Made by a program: the position numbers and the translations under genes | Source: a virus | Lineage: Duplodnaviria > Caudoviricetes | IMG/VR virus record: IMGVR_UViG_3300042363_000275 | Location: 1-64,000 of that record | Strand: one strand, 5' to 3' | DNA: 64,000 nucleotides | The notes under the pieces: generated by a model | What the model was told of the DNA's origin: nothing | The model's input: the letters and a program-made list of their open reading frames with translations, nothing else | Database searches by the model: none | Part shown: positions 32,811 through 44,600 of the stretch, one piece after another | How positions within the stretch are numbered: the first letter of the stretch is position 1 | How the letters are laid out: each line of letters begins with the position of its first letter

Positions 32811-33901
32811 TAGTCACCTTGTATAACGCTGATTCTAGATCCACCTGCTGGATCGTTGATTTCAATTAAAAAAGATTTACCATTACTGTCAATGAGTAGA
32901 GTTTTTCCTTCGTCTTTTTGAAAGCGAACATCCACAACACTATTTAACGTCCTTACAAGACGGATCTGGTCACCAGAAAGAATTGAAGTAATCTGCGTGC
33001 TAGAATCTAAACCAAAAATAGTTCCGCAAAGTTTAGTTCCTTCGCGTGTTTGGCAGTCGCCACCACTAAGAGAATCATCTAGAAAATCTTCGCCTAAGAA
33101 GTTTGCGTCTATAGCATTAATATCTAGGTCAGAATCTGCAAGCGCATCTTCTTTGAGATCATCTTTTGCTAGATAATCAATATCTAATTCTGAAAGATCT
33201 AGGATATTCTTTTTAGAAGCCTCTATGTCCTCTTGAGCAATAATTTCTCCTGGCGGCGAAACAATCAACATATTATCAATCATATCTAATGATAAACTTA
33301 ATATGACTGGTTGAGTTGGTCGGCTGTCCATTGTCGCGACCATAGTTGCTTGGTATGCGCGATTTAATATCACCGTTCCTGCTGCGTTTGATACTGTAAT
33401 TTCTCCAACTGAGCCATCAGGCTCTGGTAGTAAAATGATTAAACTTTTGCCAAAATCATCAACCGTGGTGGCGAAATCTGTGCCACGAACTGCGATGGTG
33501 GCTGTTGGAGTTTTGAGATTAATATTTGCCTTGTTAATCTTACCGCCCTGCCCCGTGGCAAACCGAACAGTGCCACTGGCAAATTTTAGTGCCATTTTAG
33601 ATGTGGCAGGGTTTCCGCTGTAAACGAAGTCGTCGATAATCAACTTCGAGTGCTCGGTAATCTTCACATTTGAATCGTCAACAAATCTAATTTCCACGCG
33701 ACCATTACCAGTCTGGACATTATCCATCTGCTCAATGGGGAGAGCAAGTTTACCGCCAAACTTTGTAGCCTTGCGAATAACCTCGCTGTTCCCCTTGAGA
33801 TCAGATATTTGCCCTATACTAGCATGGACCACCTGCATTACACTGGTTAATAGTAATAGTGTTACTATTGCCAGTATGCGTGACATTAACTGCGTCCACA
33901 T
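32810..33901 (-). CDS. FecR-domain periplasmic protein
   Basis: Signal peptide (start probably 33883); VQTGNGRVEIRFVDDS..TPTATIAVRGTDF. Confidence 0.8.
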   Translation of the reverse strand: MWTQLMSRILAIVTLLLLTSVMQVVHASIGQISDLKGNSEVIRKATKFGGKLALPIEQMDNVQTGNGRVEIRFVDDSNVKITEHSKLIIDDFVYSGNPATSKMALKFASGTVRFATGQGGKINKANINLKTPTATIAVRGTDFATTVDDFGKSLIILLPEPDGSVGEITVSNAAGTVILNRAYQATMVATMDSRPTQPVILSLSLDMIDNMLIVSPPGEIIAQEDIEASKKNILDLSELDIDYLAKDDLKEDALADSDLDINAIDANFLGEDFLDDSLSGGDCQTREGTKLCGTIFGLDSSTQITSILSGDQIRLVRTLNSVVDVRFQKDEGKTLLIDSNGKSFLIEINDPAGGSRISVIQGD

Positions 33902-34520
33902 TGGTTGTGCTCTTTTGATTGATAGTCAATGTATTGCTATTTCCTGTGACGGTAACATCTGCATTTTTACCTGCTAATCCGTCTTGAGTCATAGTCATAG
34001 TGTTTGTATCACCAGCAATATCTACATCATTAACGACGTCGTCGGCATTGATGTTAGATGTGTAGGTGTTACCGTCGCCAGTAATATCAATCGTTTGAGT
34101 TGCACCTGTAGCAGAAGCTGTTGTACCCTGATTAAAATTCAATGTATTTGAATCACCAGTTACAACTAGAGTCTTTTCAGAACCTGCAACATCGCCGCTA
34201 TCGCCCACATCGTAGTTGATAGTATTGCCGTCGCCTGTTACTGTGACATCTTCTACAACATTGTCAGCCTGTTCAATTTTACCAGTGATGTTGTTATTGT
34301 TGCCATTTTGATCAATGTCAACATCCATTGCATCACCTTGAATTGATACACGAGCTTGCTCAGAGCCAATGCGGTTGTTTTGACCTTTTTGGCGAATATT
34401 AATATTACTATTGCCACCAACTTGGTCGATGTAAATCGAATTCGTTGTTGACTGACTATATGCTAAAGAACTTGCAACAAAACAAGACATAACAAATAAT
34501 GCCTTGATTGCATTTTTCAT
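33819..34520 (-). CDS. Curlin-like repeat protein (CsgA/CsgB-like)
   Basis: Signal peptide; repeated QxGxxN and TGDxN beta-arch units. Confidence 0.7.
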   Translation of the reverse strand: MKNAIKALFVMSCFVASSLAYSQSTTNSIYIDQVGGNSNINIRQKGQNNRIGSEQARVSIQGDAMDVDIDQNGNNNNITGKIEQADNVVEDVTVTGDGNTINYDVGDSGDVAGSEKTLVVTGDSNTLNFNQGTTASATGATQTIDITGDGNTYTSNINADDVVNDVDIAGDTNTMTMTQDGLAGKNADVTVTGNSNTLTINQKSTTNVDAVNVTHTGNSNTITINQCNAGGPC

Positions 34521-35308
34521 TTATCTGTCTCCTGATACTTCCAGTATCCCTTTTTTATACCCTGTTCTATTAGTTCTAAAACAGCTGCTTCGATGGCAGT
34601 TTTAACAGCCATTGTATTGGCTTCGTTTTCTGTCATCCCACCTTCTGCTTCGACTAACCTTGTGCCCACATCAACAAATCGAAATACTGAAATATCTCGA
34701 CCGACCGAAAGGACAGTCTTTGATATGTTCACCGTCATCAGTATCTCGCCAGTGTTTGTCGACACTGCTCTTAGAGCCACGACAACTTGATCCTTTCGGT
34801 ACACAGTTGTTGCTCCTATACCCAAGTATCGCGCACCTGCGCCACCAGTTAAAATATTGGTGTCGTAGCCAATAATGCCACCTTGCAGCATAATTCCCGC
34901 AAATAACATAGGTTCGAGTTTATTCGCTTCTTTACCAAGATATTCTTCACGCGTCTGTCTTACAATTTGACGCTCTTTAGCCAAGTCATCTACACGATTT
35001 CTCTCTACCACTTTAAACCAAGCCCCACCTCCTGCATTTTTTAGTGCATCAATCAACAACGCAGTTCCACCTTGTGTGACTGCACTTGATAAACTTGCAA
35101 CACCACCAGCATCTTTACGCTGTCCTGTTAAATCAGGAAAGTCGTAAACGGCTACCACTGCCTGTTTTTCTGGTGGTGCAACTTTTTCTAATCCTGTTAA
35201 TGACTGGGCTTTAACTACTTCTGGTTTGTCCTGCATTTCCAGGATACCATTTCCTATAGACATACATCCAGTCAAAAACAATAAACTTAAAAACAATAAA
35301 CTTCTCAT
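34517..35308 (-). CDS. csgG: Curli secretion channel lipoprotein CsgG
   Basis: Lipobox LTGC; VAVYDFPDLTGQRK; WFKVVER; GGIIGYDTN; GAGARYLGIG. Confidence 0.9.
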   Translation of the reverse strand: MRSLLFLSLLFLTGCMSIGNGILEMQDKPEVVKAQSLTGLEKVAPPEKQAVVAVYDFPDLTGQRKDAGGVASLSSAVTQGGTALLIDALKNAGGGAWFKVVERNRVDDLAKERQIVRQTREEYLGKEANKLEPMLFAGIMLQGGIIGYDTNILTGGAGARYLGIGATTVYRKDQVVVALRAVSTNTGEILMTVNISKTVLSVGRDISVFRFVDVGTRLVEAEGGMTENEANTMAVKTAIEAAVLELIEQGIKKGYWKYQETDK

Positions 35309-35796
35309 TAGAACTTAAACCCGCTGAGTGGAATGATAATTTCTGTTGTATTACCTAGTGAATCAGTAATTGTAAGTTTAATCTCAGTATCCGTTTTCTC
35401 ATACTTGATAGTGTTACCGTCAAGCGAAAAGGTTCCATTGGCAGCACCTTGCTGACCAAATAGATTATTTGTCAATTGCTGCGCTAACTGAGAATAGATT
35501 CTTGATTGTAGATTGTTCAAAAAACGATTTAGAATACTATTCTTTTCCTCCAATGCCGCAGACTTTAATTCTGCCTCCAATTTATCTCGAATGGCTTTCT
35601 TACGAGTAAACTCTTGATTCTCAATTGTCAACCATTGAGCACCAGCACCCTGTCCACTAAAGGAAGGGTTCTTAAATTGATGAACAAGCTCTGTACTTTG
35701 CGCGCTACTTGCTAGGAGCAACGGCAGGATCAGGAGAATCTTTTTTCTCATCGACTTTTTCCTCTTTATCTTTACCCGCAGAAAGTTCGAACTCAA
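35308..35796 (-). CDS. csgF: Curli assembly protein CsgF
   Basis: Signal peptide then TELVHQFKNPSFSG; C-terminal TEIIIP. Confidence 0.85.
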   Translation of the reverse strand: MSSNFLRVKIKRKKSMRKKILLILPLLLASSAQSTELVHQFKNPSFSGQGAGAQWLTIENQEFTRKKAIRDKLEAELKSAALEEKNSILNRFLNNLQSRIYSQLAQQLTNNLFGQQGAANGTFSLDGNTIKYEKTDTEIKLTITDSLGNTTEIIIPLSGFKF

Positions 35797-36086
35797 GGGT
35801 TAGAATTTTTGCTATTTCGAATTTTATTTTGCATTTCATTTTGTCTGTGATCCTCATGCAGCTGTAAAACCACACTCACTTTCTGTTGTAAACGAATCAT
35901 GTCGTTATCAAGCATGCGAATACGATCGATTAGAGCCACTAAAATCATATTAGTTTCCCCAATCAATGGCATCAATTTAGTTGTAACGAATTGATAGATG
36001 AAGTAAACAAAATAACCCATGCCGACTGAAGATACAATCGGAAAGCCATATTGTTTGATCAAATCAGTAATTGCTTGCGGATCCAT
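35793..36086 (-). CDS. Small membrane protein
   Basis: YGFPIV..TM; similar to 36279..36566. Confidence 0.7.
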   Translation of the reverse strand: MDPQAITDLIKQYGFPIVSSVGMGYFVYFIYQFVTTKLMPLIGETNMILVALIDRIRMLDNDMIRLQQKVSVVLQLHEDHRQNEMQNKIRNSKNSNP

Positions 36087-36355
36087 TATTCGTCTCTCAC
36101 AAGAGTTATTTTACCGAAGTCGTCAATATGAACCGTGAACTTGTCGCCTCTTTTAACGTCTAATTGCATAGGCATTAATTTATCATCAAATTCTATGTTT
36201 TTGCCATTTACAGTGAACTCATAGTCCATAAATGTAATTTTATGAAATGGTTTCCAAGATGTAAATGGAACGAATTCGTTAGTCTTTTCTTGCATCATTT
36301 TTACCATCCGCTCTAGCGATACGATCCAAGTCAGGGCGCAGCCCCAACGCCGCAC
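36086..36355 (-). CDS. Hypothetical protein (start uncertain)
   Basis: ORF track; 5' part overlaps 36279..36566. Confidence 0.45.
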   Translation of the reverse strand: MRRWGCALTWIVSLERMVKMMQEKTNEFVPFTSWKPFHKITFMDYEFTVNGKNIEFDDKLMPMQLDVKRGDKFTVHIDDFGKITLVRDE

Positions 36356-36566
36356 TCACCACAGAGTCAACGCGAATGATGTCATGATTCATTGTTTTTA
36401 CGCGATTGTCAAGACCTTGAATAATAACTTGCATGCCCTTGATCGCTTTAACCACCGATTCAAGGATGTAGTTTATTACAAAGTAGACAAAAATGCCAGC
36501 CACGAGAGCTGCAGCAATAGGAAAGCCGACGTCGGCTATAATACCAAAGATAACATCGTAGTTCAT
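36279..36566 (-). CDS. Small membrane protein
   Basis: VGFPIA..TM; similar to 35793..36086. Confidence 0.7.
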   Translation of the reverse strand: MNYDVIFGIIADVGFPIAAALVAGIFVYFVINYILESVVKAIKGMQVIIQGLDNRVKTMNHDIIRVDSVVSAALGLRPDLDRIARADGKNDARKD

Positions 36567-36674
36567 TATGACCCCATTTAGCCTTTTCAGGTGTGAGTGA
36601 TTACCACAACCACATAACGGTCATAATAAGTCAATCAGCAAGGGGAATGATTTAGAGAATAATATGCTCTATAT

Positions 36675-37967
36675 TTAGTAAACTTCGCGCCAAGTTACAG
36701 TGCACCAAACATCTACTGGGCTTGTAATTGCTTGTACTACAACTACGAATATTTCGCTATTTGAGGAATCGTAATTTTGAGCGATAAAATTCTTTTTTGC
36801 TGAAGTTGGCTGCGTTGTACTGGACAAACCGATTCCCTTCGAGCTGCCTCCAGGAGAACTCGTACCCACAAACCCACCAGAAATGGCTTCACCGCCAACT
36901 ATTGCAGTCCCAGTAATGTTATACTCTACTGCCGAATTAGCATGAACTGAATTCCAAGTAGAATTTGCTAATGTAAGATCTGCAACACTATCCAGTTTTC
37001 TCAATTCCCAAACACCAGGATTTTGTTCTGCGTAAAGATTAATATCACCAATACGAACAGTTGCGCGATTTTGATACCCACGGAATGAGTTCTTCAATCG
37101 AATAGCCATAATCGGTCGAGTATTACCCACTCCAGTTATTGTAATCTTCGTATTGCCTGTTGCAACGTGCCAGTCTTGACCTGCTTCGACATATCCACCC
37201 TCGGAAATTACAGTCGAGCAAATTTGATCAAAAAACCCACCAGTCGTTGCGCCTGTATTGAATATTTCGCATCGAACAGGTAAGTTTGGATTGCTCATAT
37301 AAACAGTAGGTAAAACATTGCTATTGTGAAATTCATGAGCAACAACTAACTGTCCATCATGCACAAATCCACAACGCACGCGACCAACACCCAACCATTG
37401 AAAATCTGTAAAGAAAATTTGAGTTTTGGTGATATCTAAATTAAACGAACCATTTCCGCTAGGACCAGAAATACTCGTATTGCAAGTATTCTTGTTCCAT
37501 TGACTCTGATATACTCGACGATCATCGCTAGGTGTGCCGCTGGTATCTGTTCGAATGGTAAAACTTAATGCACCATTTGCAGATTGTTCTAGATAAATGC
37601 CATTGTTTGAATCAAAGTATCCAGTTCGTTTTACCACATTAATCGCATTCGCATAGAAATTAAATGTTGATTTAATCAGCTGGCTTTTTCCAGGCTGATA
37701 CTGGTGATACATCTTAGTTTGATGGATTACACTACTAGCTGGATTATTTGATGTTGTTAATCTAGCAGCGGCTTGTTGATTTTGAAAGGTAACAGTGCCA
37801 CCATTAGTAATGGTATCGCGAAAGTTTGGATCCAAACCATAAACATGTTTGTAATCATTGAGCGTAAATGCATCAGAAATACGAAGTCTTCCAAACGCAT
37901 CAAGGTTTCCACTGTCATCATATCTAATTGCGTCATCTAATAGGTAAGTCATTATACGATTCTCCAA
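36675..37967 (-). CDS. Probable virion structural protein, beta-rich
   Basis: DAFGRLR..YQPGKS..QWLGVGRVR motifs typical of T4-like aquatic phage structural proteins. Confidence 0.65.
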   Translation of the reverse strand: MENRIMTYLLDDAIRYDDSGNLDAFGRLRISDAFTLNDYKHVYGLDPNFRDTITNGGTVTFQNQQAAARLTTSNNPASSVIHQTKMYHQYQPGKSQLIKSTFNFYANAINVVKRTGYFDSNNGIYLEQSANGALSFTIRTDTSGTPSDDRRVYQSQWNKNTCNTSISGPSGNGSFNLDITKTQIFFTDFQWLGVGRVRCGFVHDGQLVVAHEFHNSNVLPTVYMSNPNLPVRCEIFNTGATTGGFFDQICSTVISEGGYVEAGQDWHVATGNTKITITGVGNTRPIMAIRLKNSFRGYQNRATVRIGDINLYAEQNPGVWELRKLDSVADLTLANSTWNSVHANSAVEYNITGTAIVGGEAISGGFVGTSSPGGSSKGIGLSSTTQPTSAKKNFIAQNYDSSNSEIFVVVVQAITSPVDVWCTVTWREVY

Positions 37968-38677
37968 CCGTTACGGTAGATTAATTGAACACCACCGTTG
38001 TTAATTCTTATTTCTGCGCCACCTGGATCGTTATCAACATTGCCGTCAATTTTAATTGGATATAACTGAGCGTTTCCAGATTCATCTTTAATTATAACCA
38101 TTCTGCCAGAAACTGGTGTTGATGGTAAAGTGATAGTTGTATATGATGCATTATTAACGCCGATATAATAATCACTGTTTGCAACAACATAAGTATTTGA
38201 GTTTACTATAGTTGTATTATGAACAATCTCAGAGGGATTGATGTCGTCTAGGACGAACCATCCATTTGAAAACTTCATAAACTTGCCTTCGCCAACAGTA
38301 TTGCGGTCGAAGTCATCAGCGTCAAATACACGAACTATACCAGTGCCGCCACCACCCCATGAAAGCGTAGAAATTTTTTGCATCATCTCAGCGATGGTGC
38401 GACGCATACCTTCTATTTCTTTATCTTTAAAATAATTAGTATTTGCGTTTGCAGTTGCCAGCACATTTGAAACTTGCTGCACTAAATCGTTTGTATTTGG
38501 AACGAGATCTGTTTTTGCTGCAACGACAGGTGCGATTTCTTTCAGGGTTATCTGCTCATTGAGATAACCAGACTCCCCGTTCCTTTTTTTCTTTATTGTT
38601 TCTAAAACAAACTTATCATCAACATTAGACTTTTTCTTCGAGAGAAGTTTTTTTAGGATTTCGTCTTTTTCGTTCAT
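37952..38677 (-). CDS. Hypothetical protein with fibre-like C-terminal domain
   Basis: ORF track; TITLP..GRMVIIKDESG. Confidence 0.65.
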   Translation of the reverse strand: MNEKDEILKKLLSKKKSNVDDKFVLETIKKKRNGESGYLNEQITLKEIAPVVAAKTDLVPNTNDLVQQVSNVLATANANTNYFKDKEIEGMRRTIAEMMQKISTLSWGGGGTGIVRVFDADDFDRNTVGEGKFMKFSNGWFVLDDINPSEIVHNTTIVNSNTYVVANSDYYIGVNNASYTTITLPSTPVSGRMVIIKDESGNAQLYPIKIDGNVDNDPGGAEIRINNGGVQLIYRNGWRIV

Positions 38678-38691
38678 GACTTATTTATCGC

Positions 38692-41600
38692 TTAAAACAG
38701 CAAGAACATATTACTGAAATTTTCACCAACAACAGCGATTGGATAATACACGATAATTATACCACCAGATTGTCCAGCAGTTCCTGGATTTGCGAAATCG
38801 CTATCAGTAGCACCAGAACCACCAGCACCACCACCAATATTCAATTCATCTCTGACGCCTGGACCAACTGCACCGCCACCACCGCCGCCACCAGCACCAC
38901 CGATGCTACCTAAAATATCATAACTAGCTCTGCCTCGTTCTCTGCCACCAGATATTCCACCGAATGTTGTTCCCAAACCACCTATTCCGCCAGCGCGAGT
39001 TCCAGCAAAATTATTTCCACCTGTGCCTGGAGTCACTGTAGATGCGTTTGTGCCGTTGGTTCCTCCACTTGAACCACCGCCGCCAGCACCAGCGCATGTG
39101 CTTGGAGCGCCACCAATAGTACCTGTGCCGCCATTTGCGCCAGCACCATTTGGTCCGCCTGATCCACCGCCACCACCACCAGAGGAATTGTTAGTTGCAG
39201 ATGCAGCACCTCCACCCAAGCCACCAATGCCTCCATTGGCTGTAGCACCTGTGCCGCCTGTTCCTGCTGTAGTGGTTGAAGCTGTTATTGATGACCCACC
39301 ACCACCATTAGCAGTGTAAATGCTTGCAAAGGTTGTATTGCCACCAGCACCTCCACTGCTGCTAAGATTATTAGCTGAACCCGCTGCTCCACCTGAACCT
39401 ATACTATAGGACAGTGAACTTCCAGGAGTTGATGTTAAGTTTAGAACTTGTGTGTATCCACCACCACCGCCGCCAGCAGAACCTAATCTATTTCCAGAAG
39501 AATTAGGAACATAAGAACCAGAAGAACCACCACCAGCACCGTAAATGTGTATAGCATTATTTGAATTATTCCAATCAGCGGGAACTGTGAATGAAGTTCC
39601 ACTGGTAATGTAATATACAACAGGAGCACTGTTACTATATTCTTGGAACACAGCACCCAATGTATCGCCATTGTTTATAGAATTAGCCAGATATAATCGC
39701 CATGGCGTAGTTCCATCACCTGAGAATGTATTGGCAGTATTGGTGATGAAAACAATGCTGTTGGTTTGAACATAACTTGCAGTTTGAATGCTAGAATTAG
39801 ATATAATAACATTTGCTCTAAATGGTGCAGCAGTTGCAGTTGTTGGACCTAAATCTAATACTTTGTTACTTGCGCTACCACCAACTATACCCGCAAAAGT
39901 AACAGTATTGCCAGTTGGAAGAATTATGCTGGCATTAGCCGTTGTATTTGCATAACTCGATTTGATGCGGTTGAAGGTGTTAAGTCCAGTGATTGTTAAA
40001 GCACCAGCACCACCTTGATCAATATCACAATTATAGATCGCGTTGTTACCAACGAATGTTTTGGCTGTCGCAGCGGTCAATGATATGGTACCTGTACCTG
40101 TTCCTGCTGTCGTTGTAAATCCAGCAGGAACGGCATTATTGAATGTTGTTGCTGATGCTGTAGGACAAACAAGTGTTCCGCCATTAAATGTTAAGTTCTT
40201 AGTTCCAGCAGCAGTCGTATAAGATGTACCAACTGTCAGCGTGTAACCATTAAGGTCGATTGTTCCATTAGTGTGTGTAAATGCTCGTGTTGAGCCTATG
40301 GTGAAATTGCTGAGTAATTGGAAGGTTCCGTCAGCACCGTCAACAATCACTGGGAAATCTAGTGTTCTGCCACCAGTAGATAATGTTTTTGAACCAGAGC
40401 CAACAAAACTTGTAACGCTGGTACCTGCTGACAATGAACCGCCAGTGGATGGTATTGTAAAATTACCGTAGATAAATCTGGTGCTATTACCAAATGTTCC
40501 AAGAAACCCAGTTAAATCAAAATTATTATACGAGCCAATTAATGCATGTGCATCTGTTGCTATTGCTAACGCTATGCCCGCAGGAATGACAGTAGATACA
40601 TCAGTACCAGTTCCACCAACTCCAGAAACAATAGCGCTGTTAAAAGCACCACCAGCACCGCCAGTAGAAGTAAGTGTTGTGCCATCAAATGTTACTGTTG
40701 TGTTTCCACCTGCTGAGCCATTATTAGCTCCCGAACCACCAGCGCCACCCGTTCCAATACTATAAGTGATAGTTCCAGTGTTGGCGCTAGACATTAATGA
40801 AATGCCGCCAGCCCCACCACCACCACCTGCAGTAGCATCTGTTGTTGCACCAGCACCACCACCACCTGCACCAATAGCCCAAATTTTAATAAAGGTGGTG
40901 TTTGCAGGGATGCTATAACTTGTGCCAGATGTTAAGACATTATATGTTGGCGTTCCACTTACAGTCATTTGCAATACGATTGCACCATCACCACCAGTTC
41001 CACCTGTTCTTGCAGTACCATTAAATCCTGCTGCGCCACCACCACCACCACCTAAGAAGCCATTACCGCCATTACCGCCATAGTAACCAGCACCACCACC
41101 ACCTGCACCAAAGCCAGTGGCGTTACCACCATTGATTGCATTAGCAGGACTAGTGGCTGTTCCACCAGCAGTGCCTGCACCACTACCGATTGTATATCCA
41201 GCGGCAGTTACTGCCGTAAACAACGAATTACCGCTAGCAGTATTCGCAGCACCGCCTGTGTATCCACCATTCACATCAACAGTTGTACCAACACCGCCGC
41301 CAATACCACCACCACCGCCACCACCATCATCGCTAGATTCAGCGTTACCATTGCCACCAGTAGTGGTAATTATTTCGAGTGTTGTGACGCTAAAAATATT
41401 ATTTGAATTCGCTCCCGCAGTTCCACCAATGTTAAATGTTCTTGTGCCAGTAGCACCATTGTATGCGCTAACAATTCTAGGTGTACCAGTGTAACTAAAA
41501 TTTGTCATAGTAGTAAGATCTACTATTGTAGCATTGTTTCCTACTAAAGTAATTCGACCAGTAGTGCCAAATGCAACAGATCTTACACCAGTGCCACTAC

Positions 41601-44600
41601 TACTGAATGTTGCAGCAGATAGCGTAAGATTGTTTAGGTTCAGAGCACCCGCTGTAAGTGTGAATGTTCTAGTAGAACCTAGCGTCAAATTATTTAAAAA
41701 GTTAAGTGTGCCACCAACACTGTTGCAGGTAATTGGAAAATCTATGGTACGCTGAATGTTTATGTCAACTGATATACCAGCTGTAATGCTTGTGACTAAA
41801 GCGCCAGCAGTAAAAGTTCCGCCAGATGCAGGTATGGTTAAATTTCCATAAAGTGATCTTGTAGAATTATCTATTGTGCTAGTATTGTTTGTAAAATCAG
41901 CATTATAATATACACCAGATAATGTAACAGTATCCGTAGCAGGGGTAATTACAAGTCCAGTGCCGCTGCTACCAAAACTTAAATCAAACACATTTGTAGA
42001 TGTCGCGCCAGCTGTACCGCCAATATCAAATGTTCTTGTACCAGTTGCACCGTTATATGTACAGTAAATTCTAGGCGTACCAGTATAAGTAAAATTGGTT
42101 ATATTAGTCATACTTACAGTAGATGCACTGTTACCAACCAGTGTAATTTGACCTGTGGTGCCAAATGCTATTACTCTAGTAGTGGTAGCACTAGAATCTA
42201 AAAATCCAGCAGTAAGCGTAAAATTATTTAAATTAAGTGTACCATTTTCTAATGTTACTGTTCTTGCTGAACCTAGTGTTAGTGCACCTGCTAGCACAAA
42301 TGTTCCACCAACACCATCAAATGTCATCGGGAAATCAAGTGTTCTGCCGTTAGTTGTAATCGTTGCAGTGCCAGTATCACTAAATGTTGTAACACTAGTG
42401 CCTGCTGAGTATGTTCCACCAGAAGCAGGTATAGTTAAATCGCCAAAAATAGATCTTCTTGTACTACTTAATGTTCCTGTAAATCCAGTGAAGTCTATGC
42501 TATTGAAGCCACCTGTAAGTGCTATTGTATCAGTTGCAGGCGTGATCACAAGTCCAGTGCCGCTGCTACCGAAACTCACATCAAATATATTTGTGGATGT
42601 AGCGCCAGCTGTACTGCCGAAAGTAAATGTTCTAGTGCCAGTAGCGCCGTTATATGTACTGTAAATTCTAGGAGTGCCAGTATATGTGAAACTGGTCATA
42701 CTCGTCATGAGTACAATATTTGTACCGTTACCAACCAGTGTAATTTGACCTGTGGTGCCAAATGCTATTACTCTAGCAACGCTACCAGAAGAACTTAAAG
42801 TTGCAGCAGTAAGTGTAAAATCATTTAAATTAAGTGTACCATTGTCTAATGTTGCTGTTCTTGTTGAACCTAGTGTTAATGCACCTGCTAGCACAAATGT
42901 GCCGCCTACACCAGCAAAAGTAATAGGAAAATCAAGTGTTCTGCCATTCGTAGTAATAGTTTCAGTGCCAGTACCAGCAAAAGTGGTAATATTTGTACCT
43001 GCCGTAAACGTGCCGCCACTGGCAGGCACAGTTAAATCACCAAAAATAGTTCTTGTTGTATTACTTAATGTTCCTGTAAATCCAGTCAAATTAACTGTAT
43101 TAAAACTACCAGTTAATGCAACAATATCAGTTGCACTTGGACTCAATACAATGCCAGTAGTTCCACTAGTAGCAACATTATATCCTGCCGCTTGCGCTTC
43201 TGTAAAGCCTGTTACAATGGTGCGTGTGCCAACACTACCAGTATATGTAGAATTAATATAAACAGTACCAGATGTTGTAAAATTGGTTGCTGTAGTAACA
43301 TTAAAGATTGTTACACCATTGCCAGTCAACGCCAGCTGACCAGTGCCAAAGTTTAATGTTCTGGAACTAGAACCACTGCTACCGAATAATGTAGTGGTTA
43401 ATGTGAATGTACTTAATGCTAAAGTGCCTGCTGTAAATGTATAACCACTTGCTGAACTTGTAGTAATATTAAATGGTAATGTAAACGATCCACTAGTATG
43501 TGTAAATGGTAATGTTGTTGTAAAACTACCTGTACCTGTGTTTAATAGTGTTGGTGTGCCTGTTGATATTGTAATACCAGCAGCAGAAATAGTTTTGCTG
43601 TTTATATCAAACGAACCATTGCTTAATGTCAGTTGCCTAGTTGCACCTAGTGTTAGGTTGTTTGCTAATGTCCAGGTAGCAGTGCTAGTTGCGCTGCCAA
43701 ATGTCCATGGAAAATCATAAGTGAAGCCAGCAATATTATTAATCGTAAAACTGCCACTTGTAGCAGCAAATGTCCATGCATTTGCACCAGCTGTAAATGT
43801 AGTAGTTCCGTTTGTGGTTAAGTGAGTAAATGCTCCATAAATTATCAAGTTAATATTACTTACTGTTTGCACACCATTTACGATTAAATTTCTTACAACA
43901 TTACTTGCTGAAAATGCATAGGTTGTACCTGTCACAGTATTCAATAAACTAAAACTTATTGAGTTTGCTTCTGACGGTGCGCCTGTATTAATAGTTTTGG
44001 TAACTCCTGTGCCAGTGGTTACACATTCTACTAGTGGAGTTCCGCTTATTGTAAGGTTAGTTGTTGTTCCAGTAGTCCAAATTGTGCTTGTTGTTGCACT
44101 AGTTAATACAATTTTACCTGTACCAAAATTCAATACTCTTGTATTGCTATTGCTTGAGTTGAATAATCCTGTCGTTAATGTATGACTACCTAATGCCAGT
44201 GTACCTGATGTAACTGTAAAAGTGCTTGTGCTACTTAATGTTAGATTATCTTGTAATGTTTTTGTTCCACCTGCTCCACTTACTGTCATACTGCAATTAA
44301 AAGTTGTGCCGCCGCTTGTAATTGTTTTTGATGTAGTCGCTGATAATGTTATGGTGCCAGTACTATTCCATGTAGTTGTACCTGCTGTAATTGCTACATT
44401 ACCTGCTACTGTTAATGTTGGGGTAGTACCAGTAGCAAATGTTACTGTACCTGTGCTAACTGTTATATCTAAACAGGCTAATGCGCCTGTCATGGTTACA
44501 GTATATGTGCCTGCCTGGTCAAAGAAAACACTATCTGCTACTGTCGGCACGCTGGCACCACTGGGACCGCCGCTGCTGGCGCTCCAGTTAGTTGTGCTTG

